This document shows positions 1 through 9,301 of a DNA stretch of 64,000 nucleotides, in pieces. Below the pieces are notes generated by a model. The model was given only the letters and a program-made list of their open reading frames with translations, did not search any database and was not told the origin of the DNA. The stretch is taken from the sequence record MK573636; one strand, written 5' to 3'. The translations under genes and the position numbers were made by a program. The stretch's first letter is position 1. Each line of letters starts with the position of its first letter. The DNA comes from Escherichia phage vB_EcoM_PHB13.

Positions 1-90
1 ATGTGCTTTAGATGGGGTCTATACGGCTGGAACGTGTCCGGCGATAGTGAAGCTGAATGTATCAATAAAAATGCCAGAACATTCCACTAA
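1..90 (+). CDS. 3' end of an upstream gene (partial, hypothetical)
   Basis: Frame 1 is open from the window edge to TAA at 88-90; no start within the window. Confidence 0.35.
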   Translation: MCFRWGLYGWNVSGDSEAECINKNARTFH

Positions 91-104
91 GCGAGGTTTT
101 TGAT

Positions 105-347
105 ATGGTTGTTATTAATGATATGGCTAATGTAATACATCTACAATCAATTGTCGCGTGGAACCGTCAAAAGATTCATTGTGACTATGCACAACATGTA
201 ATGAATTTTAACAACAAAGTACGCGCATACATGGCAACGGACCGACTGTTAACCGATAATTACGGTAAAGGAATTATTGATTGTAGCGGTTTCATTCTTG
301 ATAAAAATGATCTGGAGTTATTCCGGCACATCGCGGAGGATATTTAA
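105..347 (+). CDS. hypothetical protein (80 aa)
   Basis: ORF with GAGG Shine-Dalgarno 8 nt upstream of ATG 105; stop abuts dexA start. Confidence 0.5.
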   Translation: MVVINDMANVIHLQSIVAWNRQKIHCDYAQHVMNFNNKVRAYMATDRLLTDNYGKGIIDCSGFILDKNDLELFRHIAEDI

Positions 348-348
348 A

Positions 349-1017
349 ATGCTTCCAGTGGATTTAATGATTGACTTTGAAAGTTTAGGTTATCCGCCTG
401 ATGGGGCGGTTATCAATATGGCGGCAATCGGATTTAAAGAAGATCCGCACAATCCACCTACATTTAAAGAACTGGTTGACAATTCCTTTCTGGTAAAATT
501 TGATATTCCTTCCCAGAAAGGTGTAAGAGTGTTTGATCATGGTGTGGTTGAATGGTGGAAGAATACCGCCTCAGAAGGCATGAGAAAGCAATTAATCACA
601 AATGGTACGGAAGTATCAACTAAAGAAGGTTTAGCGCGTTTTAACGCATTCTGTGAAGCCGTAGGAGTAGATCCGGTTAAATCCGTAATGTGGTCACGCG
701 GTAATGCGTTTGATATTCCGTTACTAGTTGATATGATCCGCCGTGCACACAATACACGAGAGACGTTCAGTCTTGAACCTGTGCGATTCTGGAATATCCG
801 AGATGTTCGCACCGCCATTGAGCGTACATTGATGCATCGCGGGATGTGTGAGTGTCCGTTACCAATGGGTACGCTAGATGGTTTTATCGCACATGATGCG
901 ATTCATGATTGCGCTCGCGATATTCTTATGCTAATCTATGCACAACGTTATGCTATGGGTCTGGAAGACCTGCCAGAAAATCCAGATCCAAATTCAGTTA
1001 AGAAACAAAGGGGATAA
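349..1017 (+). CDS. dexA: exonuclease A (DexA)
   Basis: Protein MLPVDLMIDFESLGYPPDG...WWKN...HDAIHDCARDILM matches T4 DexA along its length; GGAGGA RBS before ATG 349. Confidence 0.85.
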   Translation: MLPVDLMIDFESLGYPPDGAVINMAAIGFKEDPHNPPTFKELVDNSFLVKFDIPSQKGVRVFDHGVVEWWKNTASEGMRKQLITNGTEVSTKEGLARFNAFCEAVGVDPVKSVMWSRGNAFDIPLLVDMIRRAHNTRETFSLEPVRFWNIRDVRTAIERTLMHRGMCECPLPMGTLDGFIAHDAIHDCARDILMLIYAQRYAMGLEDLPENPDPNSVKKQRG

Positions 1018-1018
1018 T

Positions 1019-1192
1019 ATGCCATTATATGATTATTCTTGTGAAGAACACGGTCAATTTCAGAAAATCCGCAAAATTTCAGAGCGTGAAAAAGCGGAAT
1101 GTCCTGAATGTGGTAAAGAATGCAAACAGGGATTAACTGCCCCGCGCGGGATTAATGGCGGGTACTATGATAAAAATGTGCGCGTGTCATGA
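1019..1192 (+). CDS. FmdB-like zinc-ribbon protein (57 aa)
   Basis: MPLYDYSCEEHG...CPECG: two Cys pairs typical of the FmdB zinc-ribbon family. Confidence 0.5.
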   Translation: MPLYDYSCEEHGQFQKIRKISEREKAECPECGKECKQGLTAPRGINGGYYDKNVRVS

Positions 1193-1280
1193 GTCATATA
1201 CTTGACAATCACTCAATTTTTAATATGATTGTTGCAGCCGTCTTTGTGGCGGTTGCAGTAAGTTATGGTTATGTTATGTA

Positions 1281-2024
1281 TTGGAGAGAGAAAAAGTGAA
1301 CATCAAAAAGTTTATTGTTGATGTTCTGGAGGCGAAAAGCGGAAATAGACTAAACTCAAATCTTTTTAAAGAAAATAAAATTCCAGAAATGGAAAAATTG
1401 TATCCTGCGGAATTTCAGATTATAAGGAATGAGTTTAAGTTCTGTAATGGAGGTCTCAGAAATCAACAACCATATAACGAGGCTGTTTATAGATTGCGCC
1501 ACGGAATAACAGGAATAGTTAAATGTGCAAGATGCCCAAATCCCGTAAATTATCATACATACTCTAGAGGCTATCATAAATTTTGCTGTTCTCGTTGCGC
1601 ATCGTTGGACCAGGCACAAAACATAAAGATTGAACGAGAATGCGCTAAATGTGGTAAACCATTTGTTGCAATAAACGCATCTCAAAAGTATTGTTCTGAT
1701 GCGTGTCGATTGTTTGAGAAGCGAGAGCGAGAACTAGATAGGCCATATCATCATGCAGAAAATGGTATAAAAATATCAAAAAGAGAAGCGTTGGAAATTT
1801 TAGGTAGAGTTGACAATTGCGAGATATGCGGTGTAAAATTCATAAATGAACGATGCGGCGAGAGAAAACGCCAAAAGTGGAAACATCTTGACCATAATCA
1901 TAAGACTGGTAAGATAAGAGGTGTTCTTTGTGGAAAATGTAATGCCGGATTAGGAATGTTCAAAGACGATCCTCAAATATTATATGCGGCATTGGAATAC
2001 CTGAAACGAACTGACGGAGAATGA
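1281..2024 (+). CDS. HNH / endonuclease VII-type homing endonuclease-like protein (mob-like)
   Basis: C-terminus CEICG...HLDHNHKTGKIRGVLCGKCNAGLG is the His-Me finger endonuclease VII motif, plus additional Cys clusters; start may be GTG 1296. Confidence 0.65.
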   Translation: MEREKVNIKKFIVDVLEAKSGNRLNSNLFKENKIPEMEKLYPAEFQIIRNEFKFCNGGLRNQQPYNEAVYRLRHGITGIVKCARCPNPVNYHTYSRGYHKFCCSRCASLDQAQNIKIERECAKCGKPFVAINASQKYCSDACRLFEKRERELDRPYHHAENGIKISKREALEILGRVDNCEICGVKFINERCGERKRQKWKHLDHNHKTGKIRGVLCGKCNAGLGMFKDDPQILYAALEYLKRTDGE

Positions 2025-2030
2025 TATAAT

Positions 2031-3854
2031 ATGTCTGAATTTTTGCTGTTAGATGATCGCGCTCACTGTCTTAAGAGACCTTCAATGTACATCGGGTCAA
2101 CTACTTATGAATCACATAATCGTTTCCTATTTGGAAAATGGACCAAAGTTTCATACGTTCCCGGTCTAGTTAAAATTATTGATGAAATTATCGACAACTC
2201 TGTAGACGAGGCGATCCGCACTAATTTTGAGTACGCTAATGTTATTAGTGTGGATATAAAAGATAACATTGTGTCAGTAACAGATAATGGTCGCGGTATT
2301 CCGCAACATATTGTTACGACGCCAGAAGGGAAACAGATTCCACAACCAGTTGCTGCATGGACACGAGCTAAAGCAGGGTCTAACTTTGATGATACAAATC
2401 GTGTTACTATGGGTATGAATGGGATCGGAAGCGCGCTCACATCATTTTTCTCGTCCTGGTTTACTGGTGTGACGTGTGACGGAGAGAATGAACTGACCGT
2501 TCAATGTACCAATGGTGCAGAAAATATTAGCTGGTCATCCAAGCCGTCAAAACTGAAAGGAACTAAGGTTACGTTCTGCCCCGATTTCGATCATTTTGAA
2601 GGTATGATCATGTCACAAGAAATTTCAGATGTGATTTGCGACCGAATGTATTCATTGAGTGTAATCTTTCCTAAGATCACGTTTAAATTTAACGGCAAAA
2701 AGATAACCAGCAAGTTCAAGGATTATGCTAAACTATACAATGATGATCCGTTTGTCATCGAGGATAAAAACTTCTCACTTGCCCTAGTTCCTGCGGTCGA
2801 GGGAGAAGGTTTTAAATCAGTATCCTTTGCTAATGGTCTGTTTACCAAAAACGGGGGAACACACGTAGACTACGTGACAGATGATCTTTGTGAAGAGATT
2901 GTAAAACGAATCAAGAAAGAATATAAGGTTGATGTTACTAAAGCTGCGGTTAAGTCTGGATTGACCTGTATTCTTATTGTTCGTGAATTGCCAAACCTCC
3001 GTTTTGATTCACAGACAAAAGAACGATTGACTAATCCAACTGGTGATATCAAGCGTCATATTGATCTTGATTTTAAAAAGCTGGCTAAAGTCATTGCGAA
3101 GAAAGAAAACATTATCATGCCTATTATTGCTGTAGTCCTGGCACGCAAAGAGGCAGCAGATAAAGCGGCAGCGACTAAGGCAGCAAAGGCAGCAAAACGG
3201 GCTAAGGTAGCAAAACACGTTAAAGCTAACCTTATTGGAACTGACGCAGAAACTACCCTGTTTTTGACGGAAGGTGATTCCGCGATCAACTATCTGATCT
3301 CTGTACGTGATCAAGATTTACATGGCGGTTTCCCATTGCGAGGTAAAACTCTTACAACATGGGAACAACCGGAGGCAAAGATCGTTAAGAACGCCGAAAT
3401 TTTTAACATCATGGCTATCACTGGTTTGCAATTTGGTGTTGATGCATTGGAAGTTATGCAATACAAAAATATTGCGATTATGACTGACGCGGATACCGAC
3501 GGGATCGGGTCTATTAAACCTAGTCTGATCTCCTTCTTTGCACGTTGGCCTGAATTGTTCGAAGATGGACGAATCCGGTTTATCAAAACGCCTATTATCA
3601 TTGCTGAACCAAAGAAAGGTGATGATGTTCGATGGTATTATGACCTAGAAGATTTCGAGAACGACCGAGATAATATCAAAGGTTACAACATTCGATATAT
3701 CAAAGGTTTAGCATCGCTCACAGAATCAGACTATCATCGCGTGATCAACGATCCTGTCATGGAGATCATCACGTTACCGGAAAACTATAAAGAGCTATTC
3801 GATTTGCTCTATAGTGAAGATGCAGATCAGCGCAAAATTTGGATGCAATCATAA
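2031..3854 (+). CDS. 39: DNA topoisomerase II large subunit, fused gp39+gp60 equivalent (607 aa)
   Basis: N-terminal GyrB-like ATPase region matches T4 gp39; C-terminal IAIMTDADTDGIGSI...RIWMQS matches T4 gp60; one uninterrupted ORF. Confidence 0.9.
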   Translation: MSEFLLLDDRAHCLKRPSMYIGSTTYESHNRFLFGKWTKVSYVPGLVKIIDEIIDNSVDEAIRTNFEYANVISVDIKDNIVSVTDNGRGIPQHIVTTPEGKQIPQPVAAWTRAKAGSNFDDTNRVTMGMNGIGSALTSFFSSWFTGVTCDGENELTVQCTNGAENISWSSKPSKLKGTKVTFCPDFDHFEGMIMSQEISDVICDRMYSLSVIFPKITFKFNGKKITSKFKDYAKLYNDDPFVIEDKNFSLALVPAVEGEGFKSVSFANGLFTKNGGTHVDYVTDDLCEEIVKRIKKEYKVDVTKAAVKSGLTCILIVRELPNLRFDSQTKERLTNPTGDIKRHIDLDFKKLAKVIAKKENIIMPIIAVVLARKEAADKAAATKAAKAAKRAKVAKHVKANLIGTDAETTLFLTEGDSAINYLISVRDQDLHGGFPLRGKTLTTWEQPEAKIVKNAEIFNIMAITGLQFGVDALEVMQYKNIAIMTDADTDGIGSIKPSLISFFARWPELFEDGRIRFIKTPIIIAEPKKGDDVRWYYDLEDFENDRDNIKGYNIRYIKGLASLTESDYHRVINDPVMEIITLPENYKELFDLLYSEDADQRKIWMQS

Positions 3855-3857
3855 CAC

Positions 3858-3896
3858 TTGACATACAAGGGAGATTCTCTATAATGGGAGTCTCCC
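3858..3896 (+). promoter_or_regulatory. sigma70-type early promoter with embedded stem-loop (PeSL-like)
   Basis: TTGACA 3858-3863, 16-nt spacer, TATAAT 3880-3885; inverted repeat GGGAGA...TCTCCC (3869-3896) encloses the -10 and is followed by a T-run. Confidence 0.6.
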
Positions 3897-3919
3897 TTTT
3901 CTTTTATGAGGATTTAATA

Positions 3920-4219
3920 ATGAGCAAAAAGAATAACATGATGATGAGTATGGCAAAGTTCATGGAAGCAGACCTGATCAAAAATACAGTACAGCATGAA
4001 CGCCAGCGCGAAGCCGCAGTGATTGCAGAACAAGGTTTTCAGGTTATCCACAATCCACCTAAAGACACGGTTAAATCGAAATACAGAGACGATCTGAAAG
4101 ACCATGAAGTACGGGAACTGGTTAATGATCTGCGTGACATTGCCATCAAATATCATGGTTATCAGTGCTTACGAGAACTGATCGCAGAGCGAGTAATGGA
4201 TGCATTGAAAAAAGATTAA
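3920..4219 (+). CDS. hypothetical protein (99 aa)
   Basis: ORF starting MSKKNN at ATG 3920 downstream of the promoter; the ORF track extends it 5' from a TTG. Confidence 0.5.
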   Translation: MSKKNNMMMSMAKFMEADLIKNTVQHERQREAAVIAEQGFQVIHNPPKDTVKSKYRDDLKDHEVRELVNDLRDIAIKYHGYQCLRELIAERVMDALKKD

Positions 4220-4226
4220 AAATCTG

Positions 4227-4261
4227 TTGACACTGGATCGGGGATATATCATAATGTCCCC
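4227..4261 (+). promoter_or_regulatory. early promoter with stem-loop (PeSL-like)
   Basis: TTGACA 4227-4232, 17-nt spacer, CATAAT 4250-4255; stem GGGGATAT/ATGTCCCC around the -10. Confidence 0.55.
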
Positions 4262-4285
4262 ATCGAAAACAAAAGGTTGACTTAT

Positions 4286-4480
4286 ATGAAACCGTTTAAG
4301 AATGAAGAAACTCAAAAATTTTGTGAAAAAATTGCAGAAATCTACTTGACAGGGAATAAGGAAAAAGCTAATATTATGTTCAAAGAGTCGGTTTCCATGA
4401 TGAAAGTAGCACGCTGGGAACTGATCGCAATGCAAGACCAAATTCGTTATCTAGTAACAAAGGAGAATCAAAATGCGTAA
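4286..4480 (+). CDS. hypothetical protein (64 aa)
   Basis: ORF from ATG 4286 (MKPFKNEE) after AAAAGG; ORF track starts at TTG 4277. Confidence 0.5.
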   Translation: MKPFKNEETQKFCEKIAEIYLTGNKEKANIMFKESVSMMKVARWELIAMQDQIRYLVTKENQNA

Positions 4481-4667
4481 CCATTACATCGAACTGGCAA
4501 GCCGTAAAGTTTCCGATCTGAAAGGCGTAATTGCTTACTATGAAGAAGTCTTGAAAAACGAAATAGCTGATTGGGAACGTAAAGAATACAGCAAGTGCTT
4601 AGAGAAAAGCCGCGCTGAACTGGTTGACGCAGAAGCCCATCTGCAATGGGTGATTGAAAATGTATAA
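4473..4667 (+). CDS. hypothetical protein (64 aa)
   Basis: ORF overlapping the previous stop; GGAG RBS upstream. Confidence 0.5.
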   Translation: MRNHYIELASRKVSDLKGVIAYYEEVLKNEIADWERKEYSKCLEKSRAELVDAEAHLQWVIENV

Positions 4668-4677
4668 GGAGTAGAAA

Positions 4678-4935
4678 ATGAGTCGAAGTTTTGATTTTCT
4701 GATCGCCAAGTGTCATCGAGAAAAGAAATCGATGGACCTGTTTATGGAGTGTTTGAGGTATGAATATGCGCATCTTCATAAACACAAAATTGATCCGCAA
4801 GTTTCCTACGAAAACATCAAGAAATATGCGAAAGAAGTGATTGACAACGATTGCACCGTGACATATAATGCGTTTATTGATTTATGGGCGTGGGATGTAA
4901 TCTACGCAGAGATGGACAAAGAAGATTTTAATTAA
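4678..4935 (+). CDS. hypothetical protein (85 aa)
   Basis: ORF with AGGAG RBS upstream. Confidence 0.5.
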   Translation: MSRSFDFLIAKCHREKKSMDLFMECLRYEYAHLHKHKIDPQVSYENIKKYAKEVIDNDCTVTYNAFIDLWAWDVIYAEMDKEDFN

Positions 4936-4949
4936 GTGAGGATTATATT

Positions 4950-7058
4950 ATGAAAATGCATATTGATAATGAAGAAGTATTTGGCAGTGACTTGAGCGGT
5001 GCGGTTGATTTTTCACTGAAAGCAAGTAGCAAGGCTTTTATGGTGCTTTCTAAGAACACTTATCAATATTGTGAGCGTGCTTGCGTCCGTGAGTATTCGT
5101 GCAATGCTACCGACACTCACAAAGAAGCCGGAACCTTAGATCGTCCGTTTGATATTCATTTACCGACTGCAATCGAACCGTATTTTTCTGTGCGTGATTA
5201 TGGTACTGGTATTCCGTCTAAGAAAGAATTAGAACAACTGTTTACGGTTTACTTTGAATCAACAAAAGACCAGACTAATGACTATATCGGGTCTTTTGGT
5301 TTGGGTGCGAAGTCTGCTTATAGCTATACCGACACCTTTACAATCGTAAACTATTACAATGGTCGCGCTTATGGCTTTACGGCATTTGTGCAAAACTCTA
5401 TGCCGAAAATGGTGCAGATTTTCGACGAACCGACCTATGAAGACAATGGTCTGAAAATCACTATTCCGGTGAAAGAAAAAGATATTAAAACATGGCATCG
5501 AGAAGCACAATTTGTACTGCGTCATTTTGGGGAACATAAACCGAATATCAACGCAATCGAAATTAACTATTTCCCTAGCTTTGATAATTATTATGTGTGT
5601 AATGGGCGTGATAACGATTCCTACGTGGTATATGCAATCATGGGTAAGATCCAGTATCCAATCCCGTATGAATATATTCGCGGAACATGGTTAGAAGCTG
5701 TAAACCGCCAGCACCAGACCATTTACATTAATTTTGAGTTGGGTGATCTGGACCTGATGCCATCGCGTGAAGAAGTTCACTTGTCAATTGAGACTAAAGC
5801 GAACATCGAAAAACGTATTGCAGAAATCAATGAAATGATGTTGGAAAAGGTTAAAGAAAAGATCGCCAGCATTGAAACAGAGCGTAAACTTGCTCAATTT
5901 ATGAGCGAGTATTCATCGACTCAACGCAATATTATTGGCAAGATGGGTAAGATCGGACAATGGGATGATCCGGTAGCAATCTATAATAAGTTTGTGAATG
6001 CTGGCAAAGATTCACCCAATGACGTAGAAGGACAGGTGTATACTCTGTATCATACTCGTCACACAATCAGTAAATTGCGCCCTGCTTTCGTTAGCAGTCA
6101 ATACAACATTACGCATTTTGTATGGATGCATAAAGAAGATATTACGTGTCTTATTGATGATACCGATAAACCGAAACTGCGTGCACTGACTCTTAACGGC
6201 ATGGTCCAGGAATACGGCATCAATAAAAAGGTGCTGGTGTTCCGTCAGAACAACGAAAAACATATGGAGACTTTCGAGTACATCAAACAGTATTATGATG
6301 ATTCTGAAATGACCGTGATTAAGGTATCAGAGGCCGATGATCTTCGTGCTAAAGCAATTAAGCCGGAGAAGACCGAGCGTACACAACGTGAATCAACTCC
6401 TAAGCTGCCTAACGTGTATATCATGGAAAAGATTGGTGACAGTTGGCATAAAACCAGCCATCATATGAAAGCGGCAGAGATTCGCGAGTTATCAGGCTTG
6501 CACATGTTCCGCGTGGGTGATGCATTCGAAAGCCGTAGCCGTCAATCGATCTATAATGAAAATACATTACACACGGCGCTTGACTACTTCGGGGTAACAA
6601 AGTATATTATTACCCGTAACGAGACACAAAAATATCTCGTTGACGAACAATTGGAATGTGCGCTAGAATTTGTTCGCGGTAAGCTGGCTGGTCTGGCTAA
6701 GAAGGTTAAGACCAATCATCTGGGGTATGGCGAATATCTGGGTGTGATCACTATGTTGTTTCATGACGATGAACTAGAACGCTGTGTTCCAGAATTTATT
6801 GACAGACTGTACGGTCGTCATTATAATAAAGAGGTTTCCAAGTTACTCCTTCGTACTCGTTGGATTATGGACGAAGAAACTAAAAAGATCTGTGATGAAA
6901 AATTCACGGCAGCAAACGAACGAATTAAAGCAGTTTGTGCGAAGTTTAAAGAGAATAGCCCGTTACTGTATGATATTGTAGATAACTGGTATCGTATTCT
7001 GCATAACGACAAACGCGCACAAGACTTTATGAAACTGGTTAAGAATGTTAAATTTTAA
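4950..7058 (+). CDS. rIIA: rIIA protein (702 aa)
   Basis: Size and HATPase-like N-terminal region (DYGTGIP...GSFGLGAKSAY) match T4 rIIA; it sits between the topoisomerase gene and rIIB as in T4. Confidence 0.85.
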   Translation: MKMHIDNEEVFGSDLSGAVDFSLKASSKAFMVLSKNTYQYCERACVREYSCNATDTHKEAGTLDRPFDIHLPTAIEPYFSVRDYGTGIPSKKELEQLFTVYFESTKDQTNDYIGSFGLGAKSAYSYTDTFTIVNYYNGRAYGFTAFVQNSMPKMVQIFDEPTYEDNGLKITIPVKEKDIKTWHREAQFVLRHFGEHKPNINAIEINYFPSFDNYYVCNGRDNDSYVVYAIMGKIQYPIPYEYIRGTWLEAVNRQHQTIYINFELGDLDLMPSREEVHLSIETKANIEKRIAEINEMMLEKVKEKIASIETERKLAQFMSEYSSTQRNIIGKMGKIGQWDDPVAIYNKFVNAGKDSPNDVEGQVYTLYHTRHTISKLRPAFVSSQYNITHFVWMHKEDITCLIDDTDKPKLRALTLNGMVQEYGINKKVLVFRQNNEKHMETFEYIKQYYDDSEMTVIKVSEADDLRAKAIKPEKTERTQRESTPKLPNVYIMEKIGDSWHKTSHHMKAAEIRELSGLHMFRVGDAFESRSRQSIYNENTLHTALDYFGVTKYIITRNETQKYLVDEQLECALEFVRGKLAGLAKKVKTNHLGYGEYLGVITMLFHDDELERCVPEFIDRLYGRHYNKEVSKLLLRTRWIMDEETKKICDEKFTAANERIKAVCAKFKENSPLLYDIVDNWYRILHNDKRAQDFMKLVKNVKF

Positions 7059-7069
7059 GAGGTGATATT

Positions 7070-7201
7070 ATGACTAAACTGACCGCTATCCAGAAAGAAA
7101 CCATCCGTAAACAATACGCTCGCGGCTTGACTAAAGGCGAACTGGCACGAATCTATAATGTATCAGACCGCACAATCCGCAAGGTTGTAGAAGCAAAATA
7201 A
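7070..7201 (+). CDS. small helix-turn-helix protein (43 aa) resembling the rIIB N-terminus
   Basis: MTKLTAIQKETIRKQYARGLTKGELARIYNVSDRTIRKVVEAK; resembles the N-terminal HTH region of T4 rIIB; not in the ORF track (below 60 aa). Confidence 0.45.
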   Translation: MTKLTAIQKETIRKQYARGLTKGELARIYNVSDRTIRKVVEAK

Positions 7202-7204
7202 TTC

Positions 7205-7241
7205 TGGTATAATGATGTGAATCGGGCGGCGATAGTCGCCC
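7205..7241 (+). promoter_or_regulatory. possible extended -10 promoter plus leader hairpin upstream of rIIB
   Basis: TGgTATAAT at 7205-7213 with no clear -35; inverted repeat GGGCG...CGCCC at 7224-7241. Confidence 0.35.
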
Positions 7242-7263
7242 AACTAATAGAGGAATGAATACT

Positions 7264-8256
7264 ATGACTAAAGCAAAAATCACCGTCTCTGACCGTAACG
7301 TTCAATGCCTGGATTCTGCGAAACAAATCAAACTGGCTAAACAGTGGGGAGAAGGTAAGTTTACTACCCGCGAAGCACTTGCGGCAGCATTTGGGGTATC
7401 TCGTCGTACTGCCTCCCGTGTATTACTGATTCAGAAAGACGCAGTAGCGGAAGGTCGCAAGGCACTAGAAAAACGTAAAGCACGCCGTAAAACAAGTAAA
7501 GGAAAAGGCGGTGAACGCGCAAAAAAGCCCGTGACTACTACCTCAAAAATCGTAGCCATAGCCTCAACTAAGTTTATTACTATTACATGCGGTGACATTG
7601 TTTATACTGCTGATCCATCACATGTTAACTTTAAGGAAGCACTGGAAGCAGTTAAGCAGAATGATTTTATTAAAGCAATTACGCTGATTGACATTAAGAA
7701 AGCGGTTGAAGTATATTATCACGGCGCTTTCCGTATCGAAAATGGTATTGTGTATTATCATAATATTGTTCTTGATAATAATCTGACTCGTCGAGTTGTT
7801 GAGTCTATTAAAGAGAATAAGCCATATACGCACTATCTGAACTTCTTTGAGAAGTGCAAGAAAAACCCTAGCCGTAAGGCGGTAGATCGTCTGTTTGACT
7901 TCTTAGAACACAACGACATTGAGATCGGGGAAGATGGTTGTTTCTATGCATGGAAACGTGTTGATGTTGATTATAAAGATTTCTTTACTCATACGTTTGA
8001 TAATAGCCCAGGGCGCACGGTTAAAATGAAGCGTAAAGACGTTGACCCAGATGATGATCGCACTTGCTCTAATGGCCTCCACGTTGCAGCGAAACACTAT
8101 ATTCCACACTATAGCGGTGGACGAGGCCGAATCATTAAATGCAAAGTTGATCCTCGTCACGTTGTAAGTATTCCGAAAGATTATGCGAATGCCAAAATGC
8201 GCTGTCATCGTTACTATGTGGTTGAAGATGTAACCGAAGGTTTTAGCCATTACTAA
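7264..8256 (+). CDS. rIIB: rIIB protein
   Basis: C-terminal half (KAVDRLFDFLEHNDIEI...CSNGLHVAAK...RHVVSIP...YYVVEDVTEGF) matches T4 rIIB; AGAGGA RBS favours ATG 7264 over 7255. Confidence 0.85.
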   Translation: MTKAKITVSDRNVQCLDSAKQIKLAKQWGEGKFTTREALAAAFGVSRRTASRVLLIQKDAVAEGRKALEKRKARRKTSKGKGGERAKKPVTTTSKIVAIASTKFITITCGDIVYTADPSHVNFKEALEAVKQNDFIKAITLIDIKKAVEVYYHGAFRIENGIVYYHNIVLDNNLTRRVVESIKENKPYTHYLNFFEKCKKNPSRKAVDRLFDFLEHNDIEIGEDGCFYAWKRVDVDYKDFFTHTFDNSPGRTVKMKRKDVDPDDDRTCSNGLHVAAKHYIPHYSGGRGRIIKCKVDPRHVVSIPKDYANAKMRCHRYYVVEDVTEGFSHY

Positions 8257-8270
8257 CAGAGGAATTAATT

Positions 8271-8597
8271 ATGGTTGATATGAAAGTTACTTGCGAAAGT
8301 GCACATGTTGAAGTTGAAAGTAGCCAATATTCATTGCGTCCGTCCGGTCGCGTTACTGTGACTATGGATGATGTTGATTTGGTTAATAATGTTAGTGTTG
8401 AAGATATCGTTAATGAGTATGATCATAGCGAACTGCTAGACGCAATTCCTGAACATGTTGTGATCCAGCACGTAGTAAGCAATAATGATCCATCGACTTT
8501 CATTAAAGAATACGGCGCTGATGAAATGCTCGATGAAATTGGCGAAAAGATTGTTATTGCATGGCTTGAAAACAACGGTTATACTGTAGAACAATAA
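8271..8597 (+). CDS. hypothetical acidic protein (108 aa)
   Basis: ORF with GAGGAA RBS upstream. Confidence 0.5.
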   Translation: MVDMKVTCESAHVEVESSQYSLRPSGRVTVTMDDVDLVNNVSVEDIVNEYDHSELLDAIPEHVVIQHVVSNNDPSTFIKEYGADEMLDEIGEKIVIAWLENNGYTVEQ

Positions 8598-8605
8598 TCA
8601 ACATA

Positions 8606-8628
8606 GGCCGCTTTGCGCGGCCTTTCTT
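8606..8628 (+). terminator. rho-independent terminator
   Basis: Hairpin GGCCGC-TTTGC-GCGGCC followed by TTTCTT. Confidence 0.5.
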
Positions 8629-8642
8629 AGAGGGAATACATT

Positions 8643-8936
8643 ATGACGGTCACGGTTATTACCAAATACGACGACGAAAATATGATTTACGGTGACGTGG
8701 TTGTTGTTCACGGTCGTAGCATGAAAGTTACTGGTAATTGTAAAGATGGTGCTATTATTTGTGGTGAATTGGTGAGAACAGTCAATCCTATCACCGACGA
8801 ACAAAAGCGAGTCATTATCAGAAAACTTAAAGACAGTGGATATTGTAACGTCGTGGTGATTCAAGAAAAAATTGAAGTAGGCCACTTATACACAAATCAG
8901 AAAACAATTCCGGTATCAATGGTTAAAGGCGGTTAA
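8643..8936 (+). CDS. hypothetical protein (97 aa)
   Basis: ORF with AGAGGG RBS upstream. Confidence 0.5.
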   Translation: MTVTVITKYDDENMIYGDVVVVHGRSMKVTGNCKDGAIICGELVRTVNPITDEQKRVIIRKLKDSGYCNVVVIQEKIEVGHLYTNQKTIPVSMVKGG

Positions 8937-8938
8937 TA

Positions 8939-9301
8939 ATGCTAGGTCATTCTAAAATAGAAGATTGCTCATTCAGAGCAATGAAAGATGATTTTTCGGT
9001 CCTGTACGCGTCTATCCGAGAGTTGTTTGTAGATTTTAAGCAATTCAGAGAATACAAAGGCGTTAAGATGCGGGAGTGGGTATTCTGGCCTTTCTATATC
9101 ATTACTCTGTTTTCTATGGTATTTTGTTTTGTCGGGATCACTATCGCTAGTTTTGTCACTTGCGTTTTCCTGATTATCAGGTGTATCATGTTTGCTTTGA
9201 TTGCTGCCCCGTTTATTGTTTCAATCCTTCCGTTAAAATGGCTATTGGATTGGGCTGATAAATCTGATAAAGTAAAGAATGTGATTTGTAAGCGTGTATG
9301 A
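8939..9301 (+). CDS. small membrane protein (120 aa)
   Basis: Long hydrophobic stretch (WVFWPFYIITLFSMVFCFVGITIASFVTCVFLII...) predicting 2-3 TM helices. Confidence 0.5.
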   Translation: MLGHSKIEDCSFRAMKDDFSVLYASIRELFVDFKQFREYKGVKMREWVFWPFYIITLFSMVFCFVGITIASFVTCVFLIIRCIMFALIAAPFIVSILPLKWLLDWADKSDKVKNVICKRV

